DNA from: Eledone cirrhosa
Taxonomy: Eukaryota
Direction: 5' to 3'
Length of the DNA: 64,000 nucleotides
Assembly (NCBI GenBank): GCA_964016885.1
Contig: OZ024743.1
Coordinates: 221,836,001-221,900,000, forward strand
In this document: in pieces, positions 26,531 through 38,317 of the stretch
How the letters are laid out: every line of letters begins with the position of its first letter
Position numbering within the stretch: position 1 is the stretch's first letter
Translations under genes and position numbers: made by a program
Notes under the pieces: generated by a model
What the model saw: only the letters and a program-made list of their open reading frames with translations
Databases searched by the model: none
Told to the model about the DNA's origin: nothing

Positions 26531-26995
26531 TATGGGTTTGATGTGTTAGCTGCTTGCTATCGACATAATTAATTGTCGTCTGCTTTTAACAAGTGAAACG
26601 ACAGTCAAATTACCAAATGACAAAACAAACTGTCAAACTAAAATACAATAATGATGGAGAAGTTATTGGCAAGTGGTGGATATGTCTTCTTTGCTAACTC
26701 CTTGTCTCTTCTTACTCGGAGAATTGCCGGAATTATTTTTCAATGTCCCTTCGTCTTCCGACTGTTAAGCAAGCTTACAGTCATTTTCTAATGATATAAT
26801 CTTTTATTTTATCTTTCTTTTAAACTCACTCTTTTCCTTCTATAACCCCTTCCCGCCTTCTCTTTTTCTTCTTATACCCCCTCTCTTCTTCTCTTTTCCT
26901 TCTATAACCCCCTTTTTTCCTCTCGCCCCTTCACTTTTTCGCTGTCCCTTCTTTCACCACCCTTTCTCTCTCCCTCTCTATCTATCTATCTCCCC

Positions 26996-27035
<40 letters not shown>

Positions 27036-27629
27036 ATTATTTCTCGTTATCCTTTTCATAAACGATCCATTATACACAGCTCTTTCTCTCTACACATACC
27101 GCTTTCTCTATACATATATGTATATCTATCTATTACTTCTTTTATAACATATCTTTTTCACTTTTTCTTTAATTCTTATTGCTTCGTGGCGTTAAAATAA
27201 TGTTAGTGTAAACCACTGGAATGTTGTAAATTTGAAGGCCAGTCAGCTCACACGGTGATACCATATCTTTCGAAACAAAATCTAACAGATCTTTAAAAAG
27301 TTTATACCATTAATAATATGTCATGATGCAAGTACTATGATAATGAGTCTGCAAAACTCAGTGTCGGTGTATGTGATGTGTAGTACTCGATATTCGAGTT
27401 AATTTTGTTTATACGTTATCATAGCTAGTGTAGCGTTCTATTGTGGATTGATAGCATGCTTAAGGTGAGTTGTCTTGTCTTCCCTCTTCCCTTGTTCCTC
27501 GTTCTTTCTTTGTCTCCCTTCCTCTTACTGCTTCCTTTCTTTCTTTTCCTCTCCCTTCTCCAGGCTACTTCCATTTACAGTGCCATTATTCTTCCTTCCT
27601 TGCGACGACTTGAAGCCGTGTGGATGCAC

Positions 27630-27692
<63 letters not shown>

Positions 27693-27981
27693 TGACCTGT
27701 CCCAACACAAACATTATACCATCGAAGATATTTATTTCTCCGTTGTTACGAGCCATCTAGCCTTCGCTGTCCTTTTAGTCAAATCGTCGAAACTGCTGGT
27801 GATCTGAAAGCTGATGAGTGTATTTAAATGTTCTATTTCTTCCTTCCTATCGATTCTTCGAGCCAACTCACTTTGAGTCGCCGATTTCTGTCCTCCGAGG
27901 TAATGTTTTACTCAACGACATTTCGACGGCATTTTGCTGTTTTTAACAGCTTTCTTACACCGAGTTTTTCCATTTTCATAC

Positions 27982-28072
<91 letters not shown>

Positions 28073-28074
<2 letters not shown>

Positions 28075-28203
28075 GGGGGAGGGGTTGACAGTTGAGAGCA
28101 AGGAGTACTCAATATCGAAGTAGAGTTTTGATATTCATTTTATTAAGGGTGAATAGTGAGTCATTTTACTCTGGTGTTTCGCCTCTTTACCAAAGGGTCA
28201 TCA
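28073..28203 (-). mobile_element. Short Penelope-like 3' terminus with a degenerate, truncated hammerhead
   Basis: Minus strand: TGATGA-CCCTTT-GGT-AAAGAGGC-GAAA-CACCAGAG-TA, then AATAAA and TATTGAGTACTCC (shared with 45807-45819). Bounded by microsatellites. Confidence 0.45.
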
Positions 28204-28225
28204 CACACACACACACACACACACG

Positions 28226-28315
<90 letters not shown>

Positions 28316-28325
28316 GATATATAGA

Positions 28326-28429
<104 letters not shown>

Positions 28430-28615
28430 TATGTACGTATATATATGCGTGTGTGTTAAACAATTATTGATCCAATATATTGGCTACCAGGTAATGATTA
28501 TGTCACTACCTATTTCGAGACTCTAAATCTCGAAATACCTGATCCACCACACCGTCTTCCTCAGAAACATACATACATACATACATACATAAATACATAC
28601 ATACATACATACATA

Positions 28616-29226
28616 CATGGTGGCTGCCAACTCGTTTTCGAGTACGGCCACTACTTTATATCCATGTAGGAGAACCCCTACCGATGCGCTGAACGAATGT
28701 GACTTTTTAGTCCAGCCAGCAACTTGAAAACTCTGGTACAAAGACTACACTTGTGACCATTATTGACACATAGTGCAGGGCCCATGGTACCATGTGATGA
28801 CAAGTGCAGAGAGATCTCCAGATATAAAGCAATGCCTGTGCTGTGAAGCTTTTATAGTGAGCAAAGGCACTGCACAAAGCCAGTCCCACTCTCTTAACCA
28901 AGATGATATTTACCAAAAAGAAGAACAAGTCAACATCATTGGATACCATCAGGGTTGCAGGTATTATATCAGAGTTTTCCTTCTCCTAGAATTCTGCCTT
29001 GACAAAGGCTAAGGGGTCATCTCTCCCAGTGATTTTGGATGGCCATTGACTCTTAAGAGCTCCTTTGCCCTTTGACAGGTTTTGTTTTTAGTCCTGCAGG
29101 ATGTCCAAAGTCACCCTCCTCACCAAGAAACCTTGGTGGGGTTGCCAGTTTAGTCGCCAACGACCCGACCATGAGACAGGTTGTACTGGGATACATGTTA
29201 CCAGTAGCACCAAGTGGTGACCTGAC
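28616..29226 (-). mobile_element. ~610-bp non-coding interspersed repeat between (CATA)n tracts, resembling an RTE-clade LINE 5' UTR (copy 1)
   Basis: Closely similar to 49348-49955 and 62895-63467. Contains CTAGGAGAAGGAAAACTCTG and GGG..GTTG...CAACCCC motifs that I recall from RTE 5' UTRs. No ORF. Confidence 0.8.
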
Positions 29227-29251
29227 ATACATACATACATACATACATACA

Positions 29252-29319
<68 letters not shown>

Positions 29320-29323
<4 letters not shown>

Positions 29324-30935
29324 GAAAAATTGAACGGGAACAAAACAGAGAGGCAGTACAAACAAATGTTTATTAATTTCACGCTCTTGAGAGTGGGGTG
29401 GTGGTGGGGAACGACGTTTCGGGCACAAGCCCTTCTTCAGGTGAAAAGTGTGTGGGAAGAGAGTTCAAAGGGTGTGTAGGGGAGTGGTGGAGAGACATAT
29501 AGCAAAAAGGGGGTGAGAGGAAACGGTGCAAATGAAATTAAAAATAAAGGCATGATCAAAATAAAATTAAAATAAGGTAAAACAGGTGGTGGAAGGGTGT
29601 GGGGCCTGTAGGGGTGGTGGCGGGTGGAGTGGGGAGAGGGAGACGGGGTGTCCGAGCAGGGAGGGCTGAAGGTGGTGTGTGTGTGTAGGTGTACGTGTGT
29701 GTATGTGTGTGTGTGTGTGTGTATGTATATGTGTGTGTGTATGTGAAAGTAAGGGTTGTGGGAAGAACGGGGTTGCATGTTCAGGAAGAGGTGTGTGTGG
29801 GCTGGGGTGTAGGTCGGAGTGGGTGTGCGTGTGTGGATAGAGGGGTGGGGGGAGAGGATTCCGGAGGCTGAATGTGTAAATATGTGGTGGTACGCACGTG
29901 TGTGTGTGGTGTTTATGCGTGTTGTGGGTGTAGGTGTCGTGTAGGTGGCGTGTGGGAAAAAAAATTGTTTTGGTGTGTGTGTGTGTGGGGGTGAGTCATA
30001 AAGGTAATTCCGTAAAAAGATGTGGTGGAATGCTTAGTAAAATCCTGGGATGTGGTGGATTCCGCGATCAAGGTTCATATACGTGTAATCCGTGACGAGA
30101 TTGGTCGGAAGAGGGGAGCTGTGGGGTGCGCGCGCAACAGGAAGTGGTAAGAGGGTCAAGGCAGGAGGGGTGTTGTGTGTCTGTGTGTGCGGGGAGGTGG
30201 TCAGAGGGCATAGCAGCAGTAGGGTAGAATGGTAAGTGAAGGTGAGTTGTGTGTCTGTGTGTGCGGGGAAGTGGTCAGAGGGCATAGCAACAGTAGGGTA
30301 GAATGATAAGTGAAGGTGTGTCAGTGTGTGCGGTGGACAGGGGAGAGGATGGGTAGGTGTGAAAGTTGGAGTGAGGAGGGGGGTGTGTGTATTAGTAGGT
30401 GTTAGTGGGATGAGTGAGTGTTGGAGAAAGGATGTGGGTGGAGCGGGGAGAGAAGGGTGTGGGGGCCGATGGAGGGAGTGTAGTGTACTGGTGTGTGTGT
30501 TTGGTGAAGGGGGTGTTAGTGGGTGTTAGTATACAGAAGGTGGAGAAAGGGTTGAATGCGGGTGTGAGTGGGGGTCAGTGGTGGTAGGGTGTGTAGAGTG
30601 GGTGGTGTAAGAGGGTGTGTGTGTACGTGTGCGTAGGGTTGGGGGTGTTAGTGATGTTAGTTGCGTGTAGGGTGGGTGGTGTAAGTGGGTGTATGTGTTC
30701 GTGTGCTTGGGGTCAGGGGGTGTTAGTGATGTTAGTTGCGGGGTGGTGGGGTGGATGTGTGGGGGTGAGGGTTAGTGGTGGTAGTAGGGTGTGTGTTTAG
30801 TGTGAGCGCGTGTATATATGTGCCAGTAGGTGTGTGCGTGTGATAAGGAGGGGGGAAGAAGTGAGGGATGTTAGTATGTTAGTTGGGGAAGGGTGGTCGG
30901 ATGTGGGGTGGAGGTGTTAGTTTTGTTAGTTGTGG
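29320..30935 (-). mobile_element. Degenerate CA-rich Penelope-like element 3' region
   Basis: A minus-strand frame ends MNLDRGIHHIPGFY* (stop 30034-36), resembling the LN(R)DxG..(L/I)P..Y end of PLE GIY-YIG proteins. Downstream are a hammerhead, AATAAA and (TA)n. Confidence 0.55.
29411..29446 (-). ncRNA. Minimal type I hammerhead core
   Basis: Minus strand: TTTCAC-CTGAAGA-A-GGGC-TTGT-GCCC-GAAA-CG-TC, with palindromic ACGT stem III and a GTC site. Confidence 0.75.
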
Positions 30936-30944
30936 GAGTGAAGG

Positions 30945-31056
30945 TGCGCGGCTGAGTGGTTAGAGATTTGGATTCGCAATCGTGAGGTTGTGAGTTCGAT
31001 TCCTGAACTGGGTGATGCGTTATGTCCTTGAACAAGATATTTTATTTCACGTTGTT
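30945..31056 (+). mobile_element. tRNA-derived SINE, second family (CORE-like domain)
   Basis: GGCTGAGTGGTTAG A box, GAGTTCGATTCC B box, TGTCCTTGAACAAGATATTT CORE-like motif. Confidence 0.75.
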
Positions 31057-31179
31057 CCTTCTACCTGGAATTGCGACCGATAGATAGTATTAGCAATTTG
31101 AAAGACCAACGAAAACATTGTTTCCTCGGTCCTATTTGACGAAAGTCGATCGATTGTCGATATATATATATATATATAA

Positions 31180-31603
31180 GCAGAAGGGATATTCAATTTG
31201 TTGGTAATTCAACAAATATAAATGTTTATAACTGATTCAGAGCACTCAACAGTTTTCTGGAGTATAATATACAATGATATTAAATAAATGGAAACTATAT
31301 TTATAAAACCATTTTTATTCTATTATATATATTTCAAGGGTACCAAAAATGTTGGTACGCTATCATCAGATAAAATACGAAGTGTGTTTTATAAATTTTG
31401 ACATAACCAAGGATAATATACCTTAACGGTTCAAGTTATCCCAGGAAAGTCCTTTTTCCTGGGATAACTTGAACCGTTGGTCATGCCAAATATTTATAAA
31501 ACATTTTGTATTTCATCTGATGATAGCGTACCAAATCATTTCGTACCCTTGAAATATATATAATAGAATAAATGTAGTTTCCATTTATTTAATATCATTG
31601 TAT
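31180..31603. mobile_element. Fold-back element with a hammerhead in each arm plus a 3' tail on the minus strand, flanked by (TA)n
   Basis: Arms ~31268-31448 and ~31455-31603 are reverse complements about the centre TTATCCCAGGAAA-GTCCTT-TTTCCTGGGATAA. Confidence 0.85.
31316..31377 (-). ncRNA. Type I hammerhead ribozyme (mirror copy on + at 31509-31570)
   Basis: Minus strand: TATTTTAT-CTGATGA-T-AGCGTACCAA-CATTT-TTGGTACCCT-T-GAAA-TATATA-TA-ATAGAATA. Stem I is 8 bp and stem III is the palindrome ATATATAT. Confidence 0.8.
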
Positions 31604-32499
31604 ATATATATATATATATATTTGTATTAATATTTGTATTAATCTCCCGTGTCTTACAATTAACTTGTTAATAATTTCTATTGACAGGTTAATTGTATAA
31701 GTTTATTTTAAACTACTCGGTTGAGAACTTATTCGATTTGTGCTATTTATGCTATTTTCCGCATGATTTACACCAACTGAATTACTTTGCCAAAATCTGG
31801 GATTATTCCCCTTGTGATTTCCACACGTGGTTTAACTTACCACCGTATCATTAACTTATTTGGTACAGAGCGAAATACCTGTTGATAACCTGTTATTCCT
31901 TGTTCGATCGTTATACACAAAGCTTATATTTTTAAGCAGACTATTTTGATTTAGGTGTCACAGAAACTCTACATCGGATTTTAACAGCAATTCCGGGAGT
32001 CCAGGTCTTGTTATCACTTATTTGTTATCATTTATTTTGTTTTGACTTGTTTAGCTTGATTTGGTTTTTGGCTTGGGTGGTTAATGCTTTCTTGACCACC
32101 TTTTCAGTTTTGTATGGCTTCTTAACACATTGTTTAGCTCTGGTTTGTAACTATTGAGCACTTTGCCAGTATCATTTCTGATTTTTACGTTTCGCTTCGC
32201 TTTTCCTGCCCGCCAAAAATGAGATTCTCGCTGAATCTTTATTTTTTATTTTAAATGACTGAATATACATATGTATAAATATGTATGTGATTATCTCTTA
32301 TTTTCTTTGTATATATTTCACCGTTTCTCTTTACGTTTAACTACATCTGTCGAATTCCTATCATTTGTTTACTTATTTACTTGTCCTCCTCTTCTTTCCT
32401 TATCTTTATGACTTCTACTTCTATTGGTAACAACTTATACACCAAGGACGAAAACATGATTTTTGGTGGACATTTGTGGGAGATTTTTACGTTCGCGCT

Positions 32500-32672
32500 T
32501 GTGTGTGTGTGCGCGTGTGTGTGTGTGTGTGTGTCTGTTTGTGTGTGTGTCTGTATGTGTGTGCGTGTGTTTGTGGTTGTGTGTGTTTGTGGTTGTGTGT
32601 GTGGTTGTGTGTGTGTCTGTGTGTGTGTGTTTGTGTGTGTGTGTATGTGTGTGCGTGTGCGTGTGTGTGCGT

Positions 32673-32718
<46 letters not shown>
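32500..32718. repeat. Imperfect (GT)n microsatellite
   Basis: Direct reading. Confidence 0.95.
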
Positions 32719-32721
<3 letters not shown>

Positions 32722-32789
32722 GCAAGAAAAATATCCACACCACGTTTCCGCATTGTTGCACGTATCGACTGAATATCTTGATTAGAAAT

Positions 32790-33270
32790 CCTAGGATTTA
32801 GCATCATAAGCGACCTCTGCTTGGGACTTTATATCAGAAGAGCATCAAAGAGATTTCTTCTTTGGTGCCGGGAAATACTTCAGCCCTGAGCAAACTGCTG
32901 ACTCTTTCTACAAAGTCAAGATGGAGTTTTGTTTTCGTGTCTGGAATGGCGGCATTACTATCGAAACTATTTAATGACCAATGGTGCAGTCAATCTTCTC
33001 TTTAGGGATCCCCTTGAAAAGCTTTTCGTTTCCAATCAATCGCTTGCAGTTCTGACACTGGTATTTTAAAACATGTCTGTCTTACTTCTACCCATCTGCG
33101 AAATCATTGCTTTACCAATAGACTGTATAACCACATTCAATAGAAAACAAAACTGTCTGATCAATAAAAAAGAAGAAATCTTTCGCGAAAAATTCGCTTA
33201 ACATAGCCTTAACATTAAAAACACCGTTCCATAAAAATGTATTATATCTCCCAACTGATTTACTCAAACA
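32790..33270 (+). pseudogene. Highly decayed non-LTR retrotransposon RT C-terminal fragment (Jockey/CR1-like)
   Basis: Broken frames give KYFSPEQ-LLTL-YKV, MEFCFRVWNGG and QSLAV, resembling the LL.LYK...R..MEYC..VW thumb region. Many indels. Confidence 0.45.
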
Positions 33271-33389
33271 CGAAACACACACACACACCACCACCAAGAT
33301 GGTAACAAAACCTGATTACCACACTAAATCTAACTTTACTACTGTGTTGCTGGCTACCTTAAGGGAATCAACCAATGAGAAAGCCCCTA

Positions 33390-34275
33390 CTTTATTTTAT
33401 CGACCCCGGAACGATGAAAGGTGGAGTTAATCTCGGTGGGATTTGAACTCAGAACGTAAATATTCTGTGCAATTACCATACGGCATGTTGTCCGATGCTG
33501 TAACGAGTCTGACACCCTGCCCCACGTAATAATGATTTCTGATTTAGGGACAAGGCCAACAATTTTGGGGAGGGGAAAAGTCGATTAAATCGACTCGAGT
33601 GTGTTACTGGTATTTTATTTTATTGACACCTTAAGGATGAAAGGCAAAGCTAACCTCGACGGAATTTGAACTCATGCCGCAAAGCATATTGTCTGACGCT
33701 CTGCCGATTACTGTCAATTCATCGCCCTAACTACACATAATAATAATTATTATCATGGTTTCTAAGTTAGGCACAAGTCCAGCTGATTGTGGGGAGAGGC
33801 AAAACCAAGTGTTACGTGACTGGTACATATTTTATCGAGCACGGAAAAATGAAGGACAAAATTAACCTAGGAGGGATTGAACTCCGGACGTAAACAGCCT
33901 TAATAAATAACACCAAGCATTGTATCCGACGCTCTAACGGTTTGAGTTCAAATCCCGCCGATGTTGACTTTGCCTTTCATCCTTACGGGGTCGATAAAAT
34001 AAAGTACCAGTAATGCACTGGGTAATTGCTGGCCTTGTGCCTAAAAGTAGAAACAAGTATGATTTCTAGTATAGACACAAGGCCAGTAATTTGGGGGGAG
34101 GGGAAATTCTATTAAATCGCCCCCAGTACGTTGCTGGTGCTTTATTTTATCGACCCTGTAAGGATGAAAGACAAAGTTAACCTCGGCGAGATTTGAACTC
34201 AGACCGTAAAGGACCGTAACTCTATGCTGCAAAGCATGGTGTCCGACTCTCTGCCGATACAGCCAATCCACCGCC
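33390..34275 (-). mobile_element. Cluster of five Nin/Deu-type SINE copies (four on minus, one partial on plus at ~33940-34055)
   Basis: Repeated TTTATTTTATCGACCCC..GATGAAAGG..GATTTGAACTC blocks separated by AAT-rich linkers. Confidence 0.85.
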
Positions 34276-34289
34276 CTGATATATCCCTA

Positions 34290-34598
34290 TAATAATAATA
34301 TATTTTTTCGGTGTGTAGAATCGGTATATATATAATATATATTTTTGGGGTGTATATTATATAATATATAATGGGTTGTATATTATATATATATTTTGGG
34401 TTGTATATTATATAATATATAATGATATTTATTTTTTGGTGTGTAAAGGGATAATATGCATATATAATATATATTTTTGGTGTGTAGAATGATATTTTAT
34501 ATATATATATATAGTGTGTGTGTAGAGCGATTATATATATAATATAAATGTTTGTGTGTAATGGGATTATATATACAATATATATATTTGGTGTATAA
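34290..34598. repeat. Degenerate AT-rich minisatellite (ATATATATTTTGGTGTGTA...)
   Basis: About nine recurrences of a TTTTGG(G/T)GTGTA-like core. Confidence 0.7.
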
Positions 34599-35005
34599 AG
34601 TGATGCATCTGAACTCAACTTATTGTGTGTTACAATTGTTTCGCCGGCGGACAGCTCGAGACGCAATCATTGTGTGGATCTGTCTGATTCTCAACCGCAT
34701 GTTCGACGGACACGTTCGATGATTTCGGACCATATTCTCTCATTCAGAGAATATGCTCTCAGTGAGAGAATATGCTCCGAAATCATTAGACGTGTCCGTC
34801 GAAGCTGCGGGTTCAGAATCAGACAGATCCACACAATGATCGCGTCTCGAGCTGTCCGCCGGCGAAACAATTGTAACACACAATAAATTGAGTTCAGATG
34901 CATCACTGATTTTTCTTTTTCTATCCTAACATACACTGCTCTGTAAGAGCATAGAGTGCTCAACCAGCATACTGCCTATGGAAGCATCTTAGCTACCATC
35001 AGACA
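34599..35005 (+). mobile_element. Fold-back element: ~309-bp palindrome (34599-34907) plus ~100-bp 3' tail, with the 3' half of a hammerhead in each arm
   Basis: Arms AGTGATGCATCTGAACTCAA... / ...TTGAGTTCAGATGCATCACT. GAAA-CAATTG-TA at 34864-75, followed by AATAAA at 34882. Confidence 0.8.
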
Positions 35006-35010
35006 CATAC

Positions 35011-35041
<31 letters not shown>

Positions 35042-35111
35042 TGTATGCATGTATGTATGTATGTATGTATGTATGTATGTATGTATGCATGTATGTATGT
35101 ATGTATGTATG

Positions 35112-35196
<85 letters not shown>

Positions 35197-35235
35197 TGTT
35201 GGACTGGGTCTAAAAATATTGATTGCCAGATGATA

Positions 35236-35584
35236 TATATAAGTTAAAACAATGAAATAAAAATTCAAGTCAGTAGGAAAATACTTCACTGTTGACGATC
35301 GTTTCTAGGTGATAATAATACATCGTACGCATATTTCGTACCGATCTATGGAAGGTTAGTTACAAAATATCAGATAAGGAGAATATTTACCTACTTGTAT
35401 ATCATCAGCTGTTGTCAAAAGCAATGAATTTTTATTTCATTGTTTTAACTTATATCATGACTCTGTTTTCCTTTTGATGATTTTGTTTTCCGGTATTTAT
35501 TTTAACCTACAACATTATCAACATATGGATTACATTGAGTTCTTCATGCAGACAAGACCCCATAACTAACTGTGGATAATTCTG

Positions 35585-35588
<4 letters not shown>
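35236..35588. mobile_element. Fold-back Penelope-like terminus with a long-stem-II hammerhead core on minus (second copy ~36620-36975)
   Basis: ~31-bp inverted repeats ATATAAGTTAAAACAATGAAATAAAAATTCA. Minus strand: CTGATGA (35402-08) ... TAGGT...ACCTA-GAAA-CGATCG-TC (35294-35305). Confidence 0.7.
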
Positions 35589-35681
<93 letters not shown>

Positions 35682-36444
35682 CAGTGGCGGACTAGGTCTA
35701 AAAATATTGGTTGCCAGATCATGGGGGCCCAGCTACATATAGAATGCTATCATTTAATTTTTATAATGAATAAATAACATTTTCAAAAAATACAGAAGTG
35801 GAAACAAAACAGTGTTATCAAATTTTTGCGGTGAAATATCTTACCTTCTCCAATAATAAGTATTATGTATTTTAGAAATGCAGAGACTTTCAATAATGAC
35901 CAGAAGTCGACTCTAAATATTACTAAAAGTCTAGGAAAGCAATGAACGTCACCACATTTTTTAACTTTGATGTTGAAAGTAAGTTTATAATTATACATTT
36001 TCATTACACTTTTGTCGGTGTCTCGGTGGCCTATTTGTAGGAATCATAGACGCTGGTGATCCTGGTCTAAAGTTCGATCCTGGTCGGGAGTAGGGTTCCC
36101 GGTAAACCTTTTCGATTTTTTTCTATTGGTTGTAAAATAAAAACTGAAAAAGTGCCTCTTGACCACGATTGAACCCAAGGCCAGGATCTCCACCGTCCCT
36201 AGTACCTACCGCTAGGCCACAGAGACAACTACGATAATCTTATGAAAATTCATACTTATAAACCTACTTTCAAAGTTTTCAAAACAAAATGATGTGGTTT
36301 CGTTCTCGTCTTTCTTAATGTTATTGCTCCTACTTAAGATCGACTTCTAAATCGTTTGGGTGTTCCTCGTTTTGTTTCTCATCTACCTAGATTATATTTT
36401 AACCTGTAATCCATGTTTTATTTCTGTTGTATCTCATTTCTCCT

Positions 36445-36485
<41 letters not shown>

Positions 36486-36970
36486 TCTTTCTCTCTGTTA
36501 TATTTGAATCTACTATGATTTGGGCTTACCTTATTCTTACCTTCTTCCTATATATATTTATTTCCATGTAAGTTAGATTTAAACCTACAATGATTAACAT
36601 TATATATATATATATATATATATAAGTTAAAAGACTGAAATAAAAATTCAAGTCAGTAGGAATATACTTCACTGTTTACGATCGTTTCTAGGTGATAATA
36701 ATACATCGTACGCATATTTCGTTATCGATCTATGTAAGGTTAGTTACAAAATATCAGATAAGGAGAATATTTACCTACTTGTATATCATCAGCTGTTGTC
36801 AAAAGCAATGAATTTTTATTTCATTGTTTTAACTTATATCATGACTGTTTTCCTTTTGATGATTTTTTTTGTTTTCCGGTATTTATTTTAACCTACAACA
36901 TTATCAACATATGGATTACATTGAGTTCTTCATGCAGACAAGACCCCATAACTAACTGTGGATAATTCTG

Positions 36971-37038
<68 letters not shown>

Positions 37039-37945
37039 TGGCGGACTAGGTCTAAAAATATTGGTTGCCAGATCATGGGGGCCCAGCTACATATAGAATG
37101 CTATCATTTAATTTTTATAATGAATAAATAACATTTTCAAAAAATACAGAAGTGGAAACAAAACAGTGTTATCAAATTTTTGCGGTGAAATATCTTACCT
37201 TCTCCAATAATAAGTATTATGTATTTTGCGAAATGCAGAGACTTTCAATAATGACCAGAAGTCGACCCTAAATATTACTAATAGTTCTAGGAAAGCCATG
37301 AACGTCACCACATTTTTTAACTTTGATTTTGAAAGTAGGTTTATAATTGTACATTTTCATTACACTTTTGTATGTTTCTCGGTGACCTATTTGTAGGAAT
37401 CATAGACGCTGGTGATCCTGGTCTAAAGTTCGATCCTGGTCGGGAGTAGGGTTCCCGGTAAACCTTTTCGACTTTTTTTTCTATTGGTTGTAAAATAAAA
37501 AACTGAAAAAGTTTATATATACCTCTTGACCACGATTGAACCCAAGGCCAGGATCTCCACCGTCTCTAGTACCTACCGCTAGGCCACAGAGACAACTACG
37601 ATAATCGTATGAAAATTCATACATATAAACCTACTTTCAAAGTTTTCAAAACAAAATGATGTGGTTTCGTTCTCGTCTTTCTTAATGTTATTGCTCCTAC
37701 TTAAGATCGACTTCTAAATCGTTTGGGTGTTCCTCGTTTTGTTTCTCATCTACCTAGATTATATTTTAACCTGTAATCCATGTTTCATTTCTGTTGTACC
37801 TCATTTCTCCACCTCCCCTCTCTCTCTTCCTCTCTGTCTTTCGCTCTGTGATATTTGAATCTACTATGATTTGGGCTTACCTTATTCCTCTATATATTTT
37901 TTTGCATGTCAGTTAGATTCAAACTTACAACGATTAGCATTAGAT
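35236..37945. repeat. Tandem duplication of a ~1.37-kb unit (35236-36600 and ~36620-37945)
   Basis: Colinear near-identical sequence, e.g. CAGTGGCGGACTAGGTCTAAAAATATTGG at 35682 and 37036. Partial extra copies of this start at 35194 and 37961. Confidence 0.92.
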
Positions 37946-38025
37946 ATATATACATATATACAATGGCGGACTAGGTCTAAAAATATTGGTTCGTGTGTAA
38001 GTATATATATATATATATATATATA

Positions 38026-38250
38026 GAAAAAAAGATGAAATCGAAAATGCAACTGGAGTCTTATTTTTTTTTAAAATATATATATTTATTTGGTTCCTTT
38101 ACCGGTTTCGGAACCAAATAAATATATATATATTTTTTTTAAAATAAGACTCCAGTTGCATTTTCGATTTCATCTTTTTTTCTTTATACTTTCACTCGTG
38201 TAGGACACCTCGGTTATTTTTCATTTTGTAAAAAAAAACCTCACTTTCTA
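38026..38250 (+). mobile_element. Fold-back element: ~158-bp palindrome plus tail, with the 3' half of a hammerhead at the centre
   Basis: AGAAAAAAAGATGAAATCGAAAATGCAACTGGAGTCTTATTTT and its reverse complement ending ~38183. Minus strand GAAA-CCGG-TA at 38100-38109. TA flanks. Confidence 0.75.
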
Positions 38251-38317
38251 ATATATATATATATACAGTATGTATATATATATATTCAATGTGCAGATTA
38301 TACGTATTTCAATATAG

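Noticed and set aside
27811-27817. CTGATGA core
   Set aside because: No stem II/GAAA partner downstream
27905-27955. Hammerhead-like CTGTTAA..GCCGTC-GAAA-TGTC on minus
   Set aside because: The core has two substitutions and stem I does not pair; too degenerate to support
31113-31160. ~45-bp sequence with an inverted copy at ~62165-62206
   Set aside because: Most simply the end of a dispersed repeat; 31 kb apart with no evidence that the two bound one element
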